Shown: positions 48,137 through 60,962, counted from the stretch's first letter. The stretch is 64,000 nucleotides of DNA from an uncultured Candidatus Saccharibacteria bacterium (GCA_964634305.1 CAZWLE010000001.1:1128-65127), one strand, 5' to 3'. Notes: generated by a model from the letters alone, not told the origin. Translations and numbers: made by a program.

Positions 48137-48465
48137 GCGAACTCTCTCACAAGCGTTGCATACCGTGTGAAGGAGGAGCGGTGAAGATGACGCGTGATGA
48201 AGCAGCCGTCATGCATAAACAAGTTCCAGACTGGACGCTGTCTGAAGATGCCACAACTCTCTCTCGTTCGTTCCCATTTAAGGACTTTCAAGCAGCACTC
48301 GATTTCGTAAATGCGGTAGGAAAGGTCGCACAAGAAGAATGGCATCATCCAGACATTAAGCTTGGCTGGGGTCGTGCCGACATTACGTTTACTACTCACT
48401 CCATTCGAGGTCTCTCTGAGAACGATTTCATCATGGCGTCTAAAGTGGACGCGATAGGTACGTAA
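48133..48465 (+). CDS. Pterin-4a-carbinolamine dehydratase
   Basis: C.PC, F.DF, HHPDI, THS..GLSENDFIMA. Confidence 0.92.
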   Translation: MSELSHKRCIPCEGGAVKMTRDEAAVMHKQVPDWTLSEDATTLSRSFPFKDFQAALDFVNAVGKVAQEEWHHPDIKLGWGRADITFTTHSIRGLSENDFIMASKVDAIGT

Positions 48466-48581
48466 ATGGAGAGGGGCCCAGCTGTTCGCCAGGCCCCTGT
48501 TATGAGGTGATCGTCAGAGCGCCTTTGTGTTGACCGCGCATAAATGGCCGGAGCCACTGCGCTGTCGCGAATAGGCGGTGG

Positions 48582-48734
48582 TCACGTTTCTACACTATGA
48601 TTCCAGTAGCACTGCTTGCACAATGAAGTGCGCTCTTGCATGACGCGGTTTATCCCTAACGTGTCGAACTGGCGACGGATATTCCCGAAGGCCCAGAGCA
48701 GCAGCCCACCTTTCTCGTAGGTACGGATGCCCAT
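48582..48734 (-). CDS. Putative 50-aa SD-led orphan (MGIRTYEKGG...CKQC...)
   Basis: TTGACA upstream, TAAGGA SD, minus-oriented G-U hairpin at 48472-48498. Confidence 0.45.
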   Translation of the reverse strand: MGIRTYEKGGLLLWAFGNIRRQFDTLGINRVMQERTSLCKQCYWNHSVET

Positions 48735-48821
48735 ATCATCCTTAGGTATAGGATGTCTCGGCCTGGCATCTTCTGTCAATTCCGTGTTATATTCTCCCTG
48801 TTCGCAGGGACAGCCCTAAAA

Positions 48822-48894
48822 GGGCCTTTAGCTCAGTTGGTAGAGCACCTCATTTGCAATGAGGGGGTCAGGAGTTCGAATCTCCTAAGGTCCA
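48822..48894 (+). tRNA. tRNA-Ala(TGC)
   Basis: GGGCCTT/AAGGTCC acceptor with G3-U70, CCTCA-TTTGCAA-TGAGG. Confidence 0.95.
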
Positions 48895-48902
48895 CCTTTC
48901 TT

Positions 48903-48930
48903 CAAAACAGGCACGAAAGTGCCTGTTTTG
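48903..48930 (+). terminator. Terminator after tRNA-Ala
   Basis: CAAAACAGGCAC-GAAA-GTGCCTGTTTTG. Confidence 0.8.
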
Positions 48931-48952
48931 TTATATCGCGCTTAACAGTTTG

Positions 48953-49958
48953 GAGGTTCTAATCCTTACCTAGGGTTTTGTGCAAAACGTCATATTTAGA
49001 CGTAAAATCTAGGTGCTATGGAATCCCAATCCTTTTCTGAGCGCTATCAAAAGATAAAGCCTAGCGTGGTTGCAATTGTGGCAACCATCTCTAAGAACGG
49101 AGATTTTCCTGACATTCTCGGTACTGGGTTTATAGCCAGAGAAGATGGATTGATAATAACTAACAATCACGTTGTTCAGTTGATCAAAAAGCTCCCAAAG
49201 AGAAAGGATGCGCCAAAAGATGAGTGGCCTATTAAAGTACTCTACTTAGAAAATATTCCAGAAAAGGGAATGGCTTCCGCATATCTGGAAGTCGAAGGAG
49301 TCGGAACACTTGAACGCGAACAACCAATAGAGGGTCACTATTATGGACCAGATATTCCCGATGTAGGATTTATCTTTGTGAAAGTTCGAGGACTGCCGTT
49401 TCTTGAAGTTGAAGAGACAATCGAATTAAAAGAGGGCGATGAGATATACGTAGCCGGATTTCCAATGGGTACACGAACTTTACGCGCCCCGGGCTGGATA
49501 CATCAAATCAATCCCGTTTTGCAAAGAGGCATACTTAGTGCAATGCAACCGTTTCCATGCGATAAGCCCCATGGATACTTAGTAGACGTGGTTGCACAGG
49601 GTGGCTCTAGTGGTTCTCCAATTTTTAACCCTAAAACAGGGAAGGTTGCCGCCTTATTGTATGGAGGTATTCCAGAGAGGAACATAATTCCTTTGCCAGG
49701 AGGATCCGGACTACCCTATACCTACGGAACTTCACTCACGTTAGCTATACCAAGTCCGATCATGAGCGCTCTATTGAAAATGGATATGCATGACAGAAAA
49801 ACAAATCAAATTGATCAGCGTGACACAAGTACATATCCCACCCTTGCTGAATTCTTTGAGTCGCATGAAATGAAGATGCGTACACCAAGGTCGAGTGAAC
49901 CGGATGTCACGAAGGTGTCTGCCGCTGACCTGAATGAAGAGGTATAGAGGTTCTAATC
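48953..49958. repeat. 12-bp direct repeat GAGGTTCTAATC (48953-64, 49947-58) flanking the protease gene
   Basis: Exact copies read in sequence; resemble tRNA T-arm GGAGTTCGAATC. Confidence 0.6.
49018..49947 (+). CDS. Trypsin-like (S1) serine protease, no signal peptide
   Basis: GTGF, ITNNHV (His), PDVG (Asp), GFP.G, GGSSGSP (Ser); A/T-richer composition. Confidence 0.88.
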   Translation: MESQSFSERYQKIKPSVVAIVATISKNGDFPDILGTGFIAREDGLIITNNHVVQLIKKLPKRKDAPKDEWPIKVLYLENIPEKGMASAYLEVEGVGTLEREQPIEGHYYGPDIPDVGFIFVKVRGLPFLEVEETIELKEGDEIYVAGFPMGTRTLRAPGWIHQINPVLQRGILSAMQPFPCDKPHGYLVDVVAQGGSSGSPIFNPKTGKVAALLYGGIPERNIIPLPGGSGLPYTYGTSLTLAIPSPIMSALLKMDMHDRKTNQIDQRDTSTYPTLAEFFESHEMKMRTPRSSEPDVTKVSAADLNEEV

Positions 49959-50120
49959 TCCGAGAGTCTCTAGGCCCTAAAGCCCATTTCGGTCCTTCAG
50001 ACCACCCCACGAATCCACCACTCTAAGAAACCGTATTGGCCACGATTGAATCAAGGAAGTTCTAAAATGGTGTAAGAAACACCACATTCTTTCATTTCGT
50101 CCTTGGTATACTTTAACCAC

Positions 50121-50342
50121 ATGGCACGTTCCCCTGAAGGTCCTAGTAATCCGTTAGAACAGCAGCGTGCTGCGCTTTTGCGGCGTGTGTTTAGGCTCCG
50201 ACAAAACCCTAAGATTTTTGGTAACCCCGTATCTTCTCAGCATCTAACCAACATAGAAAATCTTATTAAGAAAGCTCCTGAGAAACTAGAACTCAGTACC
50301 TACGAGTTAGTGCTTTCTGAACTGGAAGAAAATTTGAAGTAG
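50121..50342 (+). CDS. Hypothetical helical protein
   Basis: TATACT upstream of ATG 50121; 73-aa ORF. Confidence 0.6.
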   Translation: MARSPEGPSNPLEQQRAALLRRVFRLRQNPKIFGNPVSSQHLTNIENLIKKAPEKLELSTYELVLSELEENLK

Positions 50343-50346
50343 GAAA

Positions 50347-50406
50347 GTTGTGTATGTTGTGTGGAATAGTTGTGTAGATACACACTTTCGAGTGCTAAGG
50401 TGTGTA
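50347..50406. promoter_or_regulatory. Candidate LexA operator array
   Basis: GTTGTGT x3, palindrome TGTGTA-GA-TACACA (50371-84), GTGTGTA overlapping the -10/start. Confidence 0.5.
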
Positions 50407-50407
50407 T

Positions 50408-51100
50408 ATGTCTCACAACGACTCACTCACTGCTGCACAGGAAGAGACGCTCGCCCTTATCAAGCGTCACATCGCCCGCCATGGACAATCACCGACCATC
50501 TTGGAGCTTAAGCAAGCTCTTTCGCTCCGTTCTATCCGCTCTGTCACTCAGCGCCTCGAAGCGCTCGAGCGCAAAGGATTCATCTCTCGAGACCGGTTTC
50601 AGCACCGAAGCATTAAGGTCTTGGGAACCATCTCCACCCAGTACCTCGCGTCGGATTTCATAGCGGTTCCTGTCATCGCGTCTGCAGGCTGTGACGCGAT
50701 GGAGGTATTCGCTCAGGATGAATTTGGAGAGTTTATTGCGGTTGACCGGAAGCTTGTCGGTCGTGCGACCTCAATTGCTGGTATTAAAGCAGTAGGAGAT
50801 TCGATGATAGACGCTGGTATACATAATGGCGATTACGTTATCGTAGAAGTCACTGACCAGGTAGGAAATGGTGACCGTGTGGTAGCTATCATTGGGAATA
50901 TGGCAGTCATAAAGCGTTATGAGCAGGCACAGGGCGTTACGCTCCTGCACCCTGAGAACGCGAAGGAAAGCTACACACCTATTGTGGTTAGCGAGGAAGA
51001 TTCAAAGATATTTGGAAAAGTACTCTCCATAATTCCAGGAATAGAATGGCAGGATGACGTAAAAATCGAGTATTACGACGGCTACGGACCATCTCTCTAA
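50408..51100 (+). CDS. lexA: LexA repressor
   Basis: LT..Q..L..I.......PT..EL, LEALERKGFI wHTH; AG cleavage site, GDSM Ser, IKR Lys. Confidence 0.9.
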   Translation: MSHNDSLTAAQEETLALIKRHIARHGQSPTILELKQALSLRSIRSVTQRLEALERKGFISRDRFQHRSIKVLGTISTQYLASDFIAVPVIASAGCDAMEVFAQDEFGEFIAVDRKLVGRATSIAGIKAVGDSMIDAGIHNGDYVIVEVTDQVGNGDRVVAIIGNMAVIKRYEQAQGVTLLHPENAKESYTPIVVSEEDSKIFGKVLSIIPGIEWQDDVKIEYYDGYGPSL

Positions 51101-51147
51101 GCTCCTCAGCCTCTTTTAAGCAATATTTGGTATAAAGAAATGGTCGC

Positions 51148-52443
51148 ATGCAGGCCACCTCTTTTACATTCTGTTCATACAAGATAGATACAGAGCGTTC
51201 GATTGTGACGTTTTCGTACAGGGTAGAGTTTGCATTTGGTTTGCACTATACCTTCACTGATTCTCTTGTTTTCAAAGGAGTACCGTCTACTGCGTGGGCG
51301 AAGATACCAAAGGAAGTACTTGAACCAACGCTTCAAGCATTGCTTCTCATGCTCGGTATCAACTACTGGAGCTTTTTTCGTGCCAAAGATATTCGTATAG
51401 AAGGATTTACCCTTACCTGTGAACAAGCTCATTTCTGGGATACGCTCTACCTCAATGGACTAGCTGAGTTCTTTTATCTTGCAAAGATTGATTTCCGTAA
51501 CCTCATAGCGTTTCCCTATAGCGAAACGGTAGATGCGCCTCACCCCATAGAGTTCAAGCGACCATCACGCTCACTCCTGCTAAACGGCGCAGGCAAAGAC
51601 TCAATACTGTCAGCAGAAATGCTAAAAGAACAAGGACGGTCTTTTGACTTTTTTGCCTTTTCTCCTACACGCGCTCACCACCGAATTGCAAAGCTGGTAG
51701 GCGCAAAGTCTATAGAAGTCGAGCGCCGATACGACCCGTTGCTGAAATCGTTTGTGACGGGTGCTTACCCCTCAGTCTCTACCTTTACCTTCATTGCAGT
51801 ACTGCTTGCGGAACTCCTTGGGTACGACTCCATTGTTTTCTCTAATGAACGAAGTGCCGATATTGGAAATCTCGACTACCTGGGGCTACCGGTAAACCAC
51901 CAATGGTGCAAATCATCTGAGGCAGAGAAGCTCATAAACGACTACCTTCAGAGGTACATAACCCGCGATATCACCACGAGTTCCTTATTGCGACCGTACA
52001 GCGAGCTAGCGATAGTGCAGCGCTTCGTGCGCTATCCGCAGTACCACCACTATGTAACGAGCTGTAATACCTACTTTTGGCTTAGTCCTCTAGAGCAGTT
52101 CTTTGCACCCACCAATTACTGGTGTAAACGCTGCCCGAAATGTGTCTTTCTTTTCGCGTGCTTTGCAGCCTTTCTTCCAAAAAAGGAGGTTGTTTCTATC
52201 TTTAGGGGTAACGTGCACAGTAAAAAGCACCTTTTACCTCTATACAAAAGCATCCTGGGCATCGAAGGCTTTAAACCACTCGATTGTGTGGGGGAACCAG
52301 AAGAAATGATACTTGCTATGCACTATGCCTTAGAGCGAGGGGAGTATGGGGAAGAGCCTGCTATGAAGCTCTTTACTGAGCATTTCCCTAATAAGCATGA
52401 CTATGCCTCACTTGAGAAGAAAGTCTTCACGGACACGGTATAA
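51148..52443 (+). CDS. murL: MurL-like UDP-MurNAc-L-Ala-L-Glu epimerase
   Basis: GKDS, SNERSA, VNHQW.KS, SLLRP, SCN, WC..CPKC, KP.DCVGE. Confidence 0.8.
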   Translation: MQATSFTFCSYKIDTERSIVTFSYRVEFAFGLHYTFTDSLVFKGVPSTAWAKIPKEVLEPTLQALLLMLGINYWSFFRAKDIRIEGFTLTCEQAHFWDTLYLNGLAEFFYLAKIDFRNLIAFPYSETVDAPHPIEFKRPSRSLLLNGAGKDSILSAEMLKEQGRSFDFFAFSPTRAHHRIAKLVGAKSIEVERRYDPLLKSFVTGAYPSVSTFTFIAVLLAELLGYDSIVFSNERSADIGNLDYLGLPVNHQWCKSSEAEKLINDYLQRYITRDITTSSLLRPYSELAIVQRFVRYPQYHHYVTSCNTYFWLSPLEQFFAPTNYWCKRCPKCVFLFACFAAFLPKKEVVSIFRGNVHSKKHLLPLYKSILGIEGFKPLDCVGEPEEMILAMHYALERGEYGEEPAMKLFTEHFPNKHDYASLEKKVFTDTV

Positions 52444-52462
52444 CCGTTGGTATACTTAGCGT

Positions 52463-52705
52463 ATGGCTGACGAACAAGACCAAAAAGCACTAAAAGAGGC
52501 GCGGGAGCGATATACCAATGCGCGTGCGAGTATAGGTGACCTATACGGCAAACTTGATGAAATTATTAAAGAATATAAGAGAGATGAGAAGCTCTCCTCA
52601 CTAGAAGCGTTCAGGGAATTTCGTGCTTTTTGTCGTAAGCGACTTGTGGAGGATGAAGATACGCTACGCCTCGTATTGAACGGCTCTCTACGGAACGACA
52701 ACTAA
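52463..52705 (+). CDS. Hypothetical protein
   Basis: TATACT-N6-ATG; 80-aa helical ORF ending at terminator. Confidence 0.65.
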   Translation: MADEQDQKALKEARERYTNARASIGDLYGKLDEIIKEYKRDEKLSSLEAFREFRAFCRKRLVEDEDTLRLVLNGSLRNDN

Positions 52706-52706
52706 T

Positions 52707-52740
52707 AAAGAAAAAGCCCGCTCGCGCGGGCTTTTTCTTT
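52707..52740. terminator. Bidirectional intrinsic terminator
   Basis: AAAGAAAAAGCCCGC-TCGC-GCGGGCTTTTTCTTT. Confidence 0.9.
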
Positions 52741-52756
52741 AGTTAAGCCGTAGGGC

Positions 52757-53014
52757 TTAGGAGAGGTGAGCCGAGACGAGCTTAGTCATCTCGAACATGG
52801 TTACCTCACCCTTACCACCAAAGATAGCCTTAAGCTTGTCATCCGCGAGAATGTTGCGCTTGTTAGCAGGATTCTGGAGGTCATTCTTCTTGATGTACTC
52901 CCAAATCTTCTTGGTAACTTCGGAACGAGGCATAGGGCCCTTACCTACAACCGCTTCGAGGTCTGCGGAAAGGTTCATTGGCTTTGAAAGGGCCGGATTG
53001 AGTGCTCTTGGCAT
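52757..53014 (-). CDS. Standalone SWIB/MDM2-domain protein
   Basis: LS..L..VVG..PRSEVTKKIWEYIK...LQNP.NKR.I.AD..L..IFG. Confidence 0.92.
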   Translation of the reverse strand: MPRALNPALSKPMNLSADLEAVVGKGPMPRSEVTKKIWEYIKKNDLQNPANKRNILADDKLKAIFGGKGEVTMFEMTKLVSAHLS

Positions 53015-53161
53015 AATGTGTCTTAATTTGGTCAGTTCCTAATGGACCGCGTCAGTATACCCCAATTATCCTTAGGATAGAGGGGGGCTGTGTATAGGAT
53101 AGGAAAAGGAGACAGGTATCGATTTTGCTGTTATAGTCCAAACCACCCCGTTTTATCTCCT

Positions 53162-53746
53162 ATGGATATTTCTCGCCCTGCGTCAAAACAGCCTATTCCC
53201 GCGCACGCACAGCGTGTGTTTAAGGGCGATATCTTCGATGTGTGGCAGTGGGAGCAGGAGTTGTACGACGGCAGCACCAAAATATTCGAAAAGGTGCAGC
53301 GTCAGGACACTGTCGTCATTATTCCGTCCACGTCAGACGGCAAACTTATCTTCGTTGAAGATGAACAGCCTGCTCGTAGCACGATTCTGACCTTCCCTGC
53401 AGGAAGAATGGATAAGGAAGGGGAAAATCCTCTTGAGTGTGCGCAGCGCGAACTCCTTGAAGAGACGGGCTACGCGTCAGAGGACTGGAGCCTCTATAAA
53501 GCCCACCAGCCCATTACAAAAGTAGATTGGGCAATCTATATCTTTGTGGCTAGAGGATGCCAGAAGGTAGCTGAAGCAGACCCTGGCCCTGGAGAACGCA
53601 TCACCGTCTCTCTTGTGACGCTTGATGACATCATTGCAAAGGTCGGAGACCCTCGTCTCATCCATGATGACCTTGATGTAGAGCTCATCGAAGCTAAATA
53701 CAATCCCGAAGCACGTACACGTCTTGAACAGATACTGTTTGGATAA
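53162..53746 (+). CDS. NUDIX hydrolase (ADP-ribose pyrophosphatase-like)
   Basis: FPAGR...E.P..CAQRELLEETGY; start re-called to ATG 53162. Confidence 0.88.
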   Translation: MDISRPASKQPIPAHAQRVFKGDIFDVWQWEQELYDGSTKIFEKVQRQDTVVIIPSTSDGKLIFVEDEQPARSTILTFPAGRMDKEGENPLECAQRELLEETGYASEDWSLYKAHQPITKVDWAIYIFVARGCQKVAEADPGPGERITVSLVTLDDIIAKVGDPRLIHDDLDVELIEAKYNPEARTRLEQILFG

Positions 53747-53783
53747 CAAATGAGAGTACGTCATACGGGTATACTTACGAAAG

Positions 53784-54311
53784 ATGAAAACACCTCGCGC
53801 TATTAGCATTGTCGAACGCATAACGACCTGGACAGGGTCGGTGTCTTCCGTCATCGTTCACACCCTGCTATTTCTTGGTGCGTTCGCGATTGGCATCGTT
53901 GGTATTGCGGAGTGGGAGATTGTCCTCCTTGTGCTCACCACTATCGTCTCCCTTGAAGCTATCTATCTCTCCCTCTTTATCCAGATGTCCGTGAATCGCA
54001 ACACGGCTCAGCTTCGTGAGGTTGAGGAGGATATCGATGAAATTCAGGAAGACGTGGAAGAGATTAGCGAAGATCTTGATGAGATTCAGGAGGACGTCGA
54101 AGAAATCAGCGAGGACTTGGATGAAATTCAAGAAGATGTGGAAGAAATGTCTGAAGACATTGATGAACTCCAGGAAGACGTTGAGGAAATGACTGAGGAA
54201 GACGCAGCGGAAGACAAACGAGAAGAAGCGCAGGCAAAAACGCTCGAAGAACTTACGGGTGATATTCGTCGTATCCTCGACGACCTTGAAGCGCTAAAAA
54301 AGAAGAAGTAA
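53784..54311 (+). CDS. DUF1003-like membrane protein with acidic heptad-repeat coiled coil
   Basis: LT..VSLEAIYLSLFIQMS.NR motif then DEIQEDVEEISEDL repeats. Confidence 0.8.
   Translation: MKTPRAISIVERITTWTGSVSSVIVHTLLFLGAFAIGIVGIAEWEIVLLVLTTIVSLEAIYLSLFIQMSVNRNTAQLREVEEDIDEIQEDVEEISEDLDEIQEDVEEISEDLDEIQEDVEEMSEDIDELQEDVEEMTEEDAAEDKREEAQAKTLEELTGDIRRILDDLEALKKKK
54036..54203 (+). repeat. Four degenerate 42-nt in-frame tandem repeats
   Basis: GATGAAATTCAGGAAGACGTGGAAGAGATTAGCGAAGATCTT-like units, differences mostly synonymous. Confidence 0.85.
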
Positions 54312-54326
54312 AGTGCGCATACGTCT

Positions 54327-54402
54327 GGGCCTTTAGCTCATCTGGTAGAGCGCATCCATGGCATGGATGAGGTGAGGGGTTCGAGTCCCCTAAGGTCCAC
54401 CA
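54327..54402 (+). tRNA. tRNA-Ala(GGC)
   Basis: GGGCCTT/AAGGTCC acceptor, CATCC-ATGGCAT-GGATG, encoded CCA. Confidence 0.95.
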
Positions 54403-54484
54403 AAACGTGCGAGTTTTCCTCATTTTACCCAAGGGCGAAGGCCTGCTAGTATGCCTATAACCCCCGGGCACGGGATATTTTTCT

Positions 54485-55580
<1,096 letters not shown>

Positions 55581-55597
55581 GTAACTGAGGTCTCTAT

Positions 55598-56044
55598 ATG
55601 GATCAGCTTCTCGAGGCGTTCGGCATAGACTGGAAGCTCCTCATCGCTCAGGCGGTGAACTTCGGGCTGCTCCTTGTCGTGCTCTGGTACTTCCTCTACA
55701 AGCCGGTCATGAAGACCTTGGATGAGCGTGCCGCACGCATTGCAAAGGGTGTTGAAGACGCACAACGTGCTGAGGAGAAACTTGCTGGTGCTGATACTGC
55801 TGCTGCGGACATCGTAGCCAAGGCAGACACAGAAGCGGGTGAGATTCTTTCTTCTGCGCGCGACGCGGCAGGCACTGAGCGTGCACGCCTTGTAAAAGAG
55901 GCAGAAGCACGTGCAGCCGCTATTGCTGCTGACGCAGAAGCGCGCGCCGCAGAAGCATCCGCAAAAGCCCTTCGCGAAAGCGAGAAGGAAATTGCACGCC
56001 TTGCAACGCTTGCAGCGGCGAAAGTACTCCAGGAAAAAGCATGA
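55598..56044 (+). CDS. atpF: ATP synthase F0 subunit b
   Basis: QAVNF, YKP..LDER, Ala-rich coiled coil. Confidence 0.93.
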   Translation: MDQLLEAFGIDWKLLIAQAVNFGLLLVVLWYFLYKPVMKTLDERAARIAKGVEDAQRAEEKLAGADTAAADIVAKADTEAGEILSSARDAAGTERARLVKEAEARAAAIAADAEARAAEASAKALRESEKEIARLATLAAAKVLQEKA

Positions 56045-56283
56045 ACGTATCCTTCGACGAGCTAAAGGCACACTTGGAGCGTACCGGCAGGATGAAACTC
56101 CTCCCGGCCATTCTTCGTGAACTTAAAGAGCGTGCCGCTCTCGAAGCAACGCGTGCACCAAAGAAAGAAACCGCAAAAGAGAATCCTTCACTCATTTCTG
56201 GGTGGCGCAGTCTTGAAAACGGTATCTTGGAGGACCATACCGGTAAGCGGGCACTCCTTCACATTTATAAGAATAGTATCTAG
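56041..56283 (+). CDS. atpH: Reduced ATP synthase delta-like subunit
   Basis: Position between atpF and atpA; NPSLISG..D motif of the delta C-terminus; only 80 aa. Confidence 0.65.
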   Translation: MNVSFDELKAHLERTGRMKLLPAILRELKERAALEATRAPKKETAKENPSLISGWRSLENGILEDHTGKRALLHIYKNSI

Positions 56284-56285
56284 CT

Positions 56286-57830
56286 ATGCAGTCGATAATC
56301 GAGAGAATAGAGCGAGAAATTGCGACCTGGAAGCCTGAAGAAGGCGCTGAGGTCGGCATCGTGCGTGCTGCCGGCGACGGTATCGCGGAAATAGACGGCC
56401 TTGATAAGGCGGTCTTGACCGAGATGGTCATGTTCGACGCAACCCACGACCGCACGCTCGAAGAAGCGTTGAAGGATGATGCGCCGGTCTACGGTCTTAT
56501 CCTCAACCTTGAAGAGGGCGGTGTTCGCGCGGCTATTCTCGGCGACGCAACAAAAGTGTACGAAGGCATGCTGGTCCGCCGACTCGGCCGTCTTCTCTCC
56601 ATCCCTGTTTCTGACAGCATGATTGGTCGCGTGGTAAACCCCCTTGGCGAACCAGTCGACGGTAAGGGTCCAATCGCGGACACGAAGTATCGTCCGATTG
56701 AGCGCGAAGCATACGGCGTTATTGACCGCGCGCCGGTGAACACGCCACTCCATACCGGTATCAAGGCTATCGACGCCATGATTCCAATTGGTCGTGGTCA
56801 GCGTGAGCTCATCATTGGTGACCGCGGTGTCGGTAAGACGACGATTGCGATTGATACGATTCTCAACCAGAAGTCTGAGCCGAAGGAGAAGCGTCCTATT
56901 TGTATTTACGTTGCTATCGGGCAGAAGGAATCAAAGACCGCAAAGATTGTGGCAGATCTTGCTGAGAAGGGAGCTATGGAGTACTCCATAGTGGTTACGG
57001 CACCAGCATCTTCTCCAGCAGCCTTCCAGTTCCTCGCACCGTTTGCAGGAGCTGCTATTGGTGAGCACTTTATGGAGCAGGGTAAGGACGCACTCGTTAT
57101 CTACGACGACCTTTCTAAGCAGGCCGTTGCCTACCGCCAGCTCTCGCTGCTTCTTCGCCGCCCACCAGGTCGCGAAGCGTATCCGGGAGACATCTTCTAC
57201 CTCCACTCACGCCTTCTTGAGCGTGCGGCAAAGCTCAACGACAAGCTTGGCGGTGGATCGTTGACCGCGCTTCCTATCATCGAAACCCAGGAGGGTGACG
57301 TCTCGGCGTACATTCCAACTAACGTGATTTCGATTACGGACGGTCAGATCTTCCTCATCACCGACCTCTTCAACAAGGGTATGCGCCCTGCAATCGACGT
57401 CGGTATCTCCGTATCTCGCGTGGGTTCTGCCGCACAGACGAAGGCGATGAAGAAGGTGTCCGGCAAGATTAAACTTGAGCTCGCTCAGTTCCGTGAACTC
57501 GAAGCCTTCATGCAGTTCGCGTCTGATCTTGATGAAGGCACCAAGAAGCAGATTGATGCCGGTCGTCGTATGACGGAGGTATTGAAGCAGAAGAACGGCG
57601 AGCCACTCGCGTTTGAAATGGAGGCAGCGGTCATTTGGGCAGCAACGAACGGTCACTTCGATACGTTTGCTCCTGAAGAGACGAGTGCTATGGAGCGCAA
57701 GCTCCAGGACTTCCTTACTCGTGAAGGCGGCGATGCACTCGCATCCATTCGTGAGAAGAAGGAAATCACTGAAGAGACGGCCGCACTTCTTACCTCACTT
57801 ATGGAGAAGTTCGTCGGACGTGCGAAGTAA
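56286..57830 (+). CDS. atpA: ATP synthase F1 alpha
   Basis: [40 protein letters not shown]. Confidence 0.98.
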   Translation: MQSIIERIEREIATWKPEEGAEVGIVRAAGDGIAEIDGLDKAVLTEMVMFDATHDRTLEEALKDDAPVYGLILNLEEGGVRAAILGDATKVYEGMLVRRLGRLLSIPVSDSMIGRVVNPLGEPVDGKGPIADTKYRPIEREAYGVIDRAPVNTPLHTGIKAIDAMIPIGRGQRELIIGDRGVGKTTIAIDTILNQKSEPKEKRPICIYVAIGQKESKTAKIVADLAEKGAMEYSIVVTAPASSPAAFQFLAPFAGAAIGEHFMEQGKDALVIYDDLSKQAVAYRQLSLLLRRPPGREAYPGDIFYLHSRLLERAAKLNDKLGGGSLTALPIIETQEGDVSAYIPTNVISITDGQIFLITDLFNKGMRPAIDVGISVSRVGSAAQTKAMKKVSGKIKLELAQFRELEAFMQFASDLDEGTKKQIDAGRRMTEVLKQKNGEPLAFEMEAAVIWAATNGHFDTFAPEETSAMERKLQDFLTREGGDALASIREKKEITEETAALLTSLMEKFVGRAK

Positions 57831-57836
57831 ACACTC

Positions 57837-60138
<2,302 letters not shown>

Positions 60139-60151
60139 CCTTCTCTGCGTT

Positions 60152-60400
60152 ATGGCAAAAAGCTTTCATCTCACCATAGCGCGCGTTGGAGAAAACCTCT
60201 TTGACGGTGAGGCCTATTCCGTAGTGCTTCCTGGAAAGGAGGGTGTCTTCACGGTACTTGCCGGGCACGAAGCGTTTGTATCAGAACTTGCTGTGGGTGA
60301 AGCAAAAGTCGAAGCCGCAGATGGCACCAAGCATCATGTTGAAATTCCGCACGGCGGAGTAGCAGAAGTATCGGGCAATCAAGCAACAGTACTGTTGTAG
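60152..60400 (+). CDS. atpC: ATP synthase epsilon (beta-sandwich only)
   Basis: LPG.EG...VLAGH, GG.AEV; no C-terminal helices. Confidence 0.88.
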   Translation: MAKSFHLTIARVGENLFDGEAYSVVLPGKEGVFTVLAGHEAFVSELAVGEAKVEAADGTKHHVEIPHGGVAEVSGNQATVLL

Positions 60401-60416
60401 AAAGTTCATAAAAGAG

Positions 60417-60448
60417 AGAAAGCCCCACTGGCGACAGTGGGGCTTTCT
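60417..60448 (+). terminator. atp operon terminator
   Basis: AGAAAGCCCCACTG-GCGA-CAGTGGGGCTTTCT. Confidence 0.85.
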
Positions 60449-60551
60449 GCTTAGTGGAGGCATGGTTCCTGCAGTCGGTCGTCGGGGACGTAGAGTACCA
60501 CTTTTCAAAATTACCGCTTGCACTCCATATAACACGTGTCATGCTTAATAC

Positions 60552-60962
60552 ATGAGCGAAGACATACCATTCCCAGTTGAGCATCAGGGCGTGAGTCATT
60601 ATTACGGTGACACCGTTCGTCTTCTGTTTGTAGTTGCAGCAGTACTTATCATTGTTTCGATGTTTGCTGGCGCACCATTTCTAGCGCCTGTCCCAGCAGT
60701 CTTCATGGCAGTGCTTCTAATCATCGCCGCAGGCCTTACGAATCCTGTGCAGGTATCGATTCAGTGGGTTAATGCAGGACTCTCAGTGCTTGGCGTACTA
60801 CTCTTCAGCTCGCTTGCACTCATGCGGTATCAGGAACAAGGCGGTGCAGAACCGTCTTCAATACTGTTGTTCCTCCTCGTACTCGATTTCGTTGTTGCTC
60901 TCTACTTCGCGATTCGTACTCTTCGTGGTGTGCTCATGCGCGACGCGCCTTTCATACGCTGA
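60552..60962 (+). CDS. Four-TM hypothetical membrane protein
   Basis: HYYGD.VR, AGLTNP, hydrophobic segments. Confidence 0.75.
   Translation: MSEDIPFPVEHQGVSHYYGDTVRLLFVVAAVLIIVSMFAGAPFLAPVPAVFMAVLLIIAAGLTNPVQVSIQWVNAGLSVLGVLLFSSLALMRYQEQGGAEPSSILLFLLVLDFVVALYFAIRTLRGVLMRDAPFIR

Noticed and set aside
50408-51100. Phage cI repressor
   Set aside because: N-terminus is the LexA winged-helix type and no phage genes are adjacent.
54036-54203. CRISPR-like periodicity
   Set aside because: In-frame coding repeats without unique spacers; no cas genes in the window.
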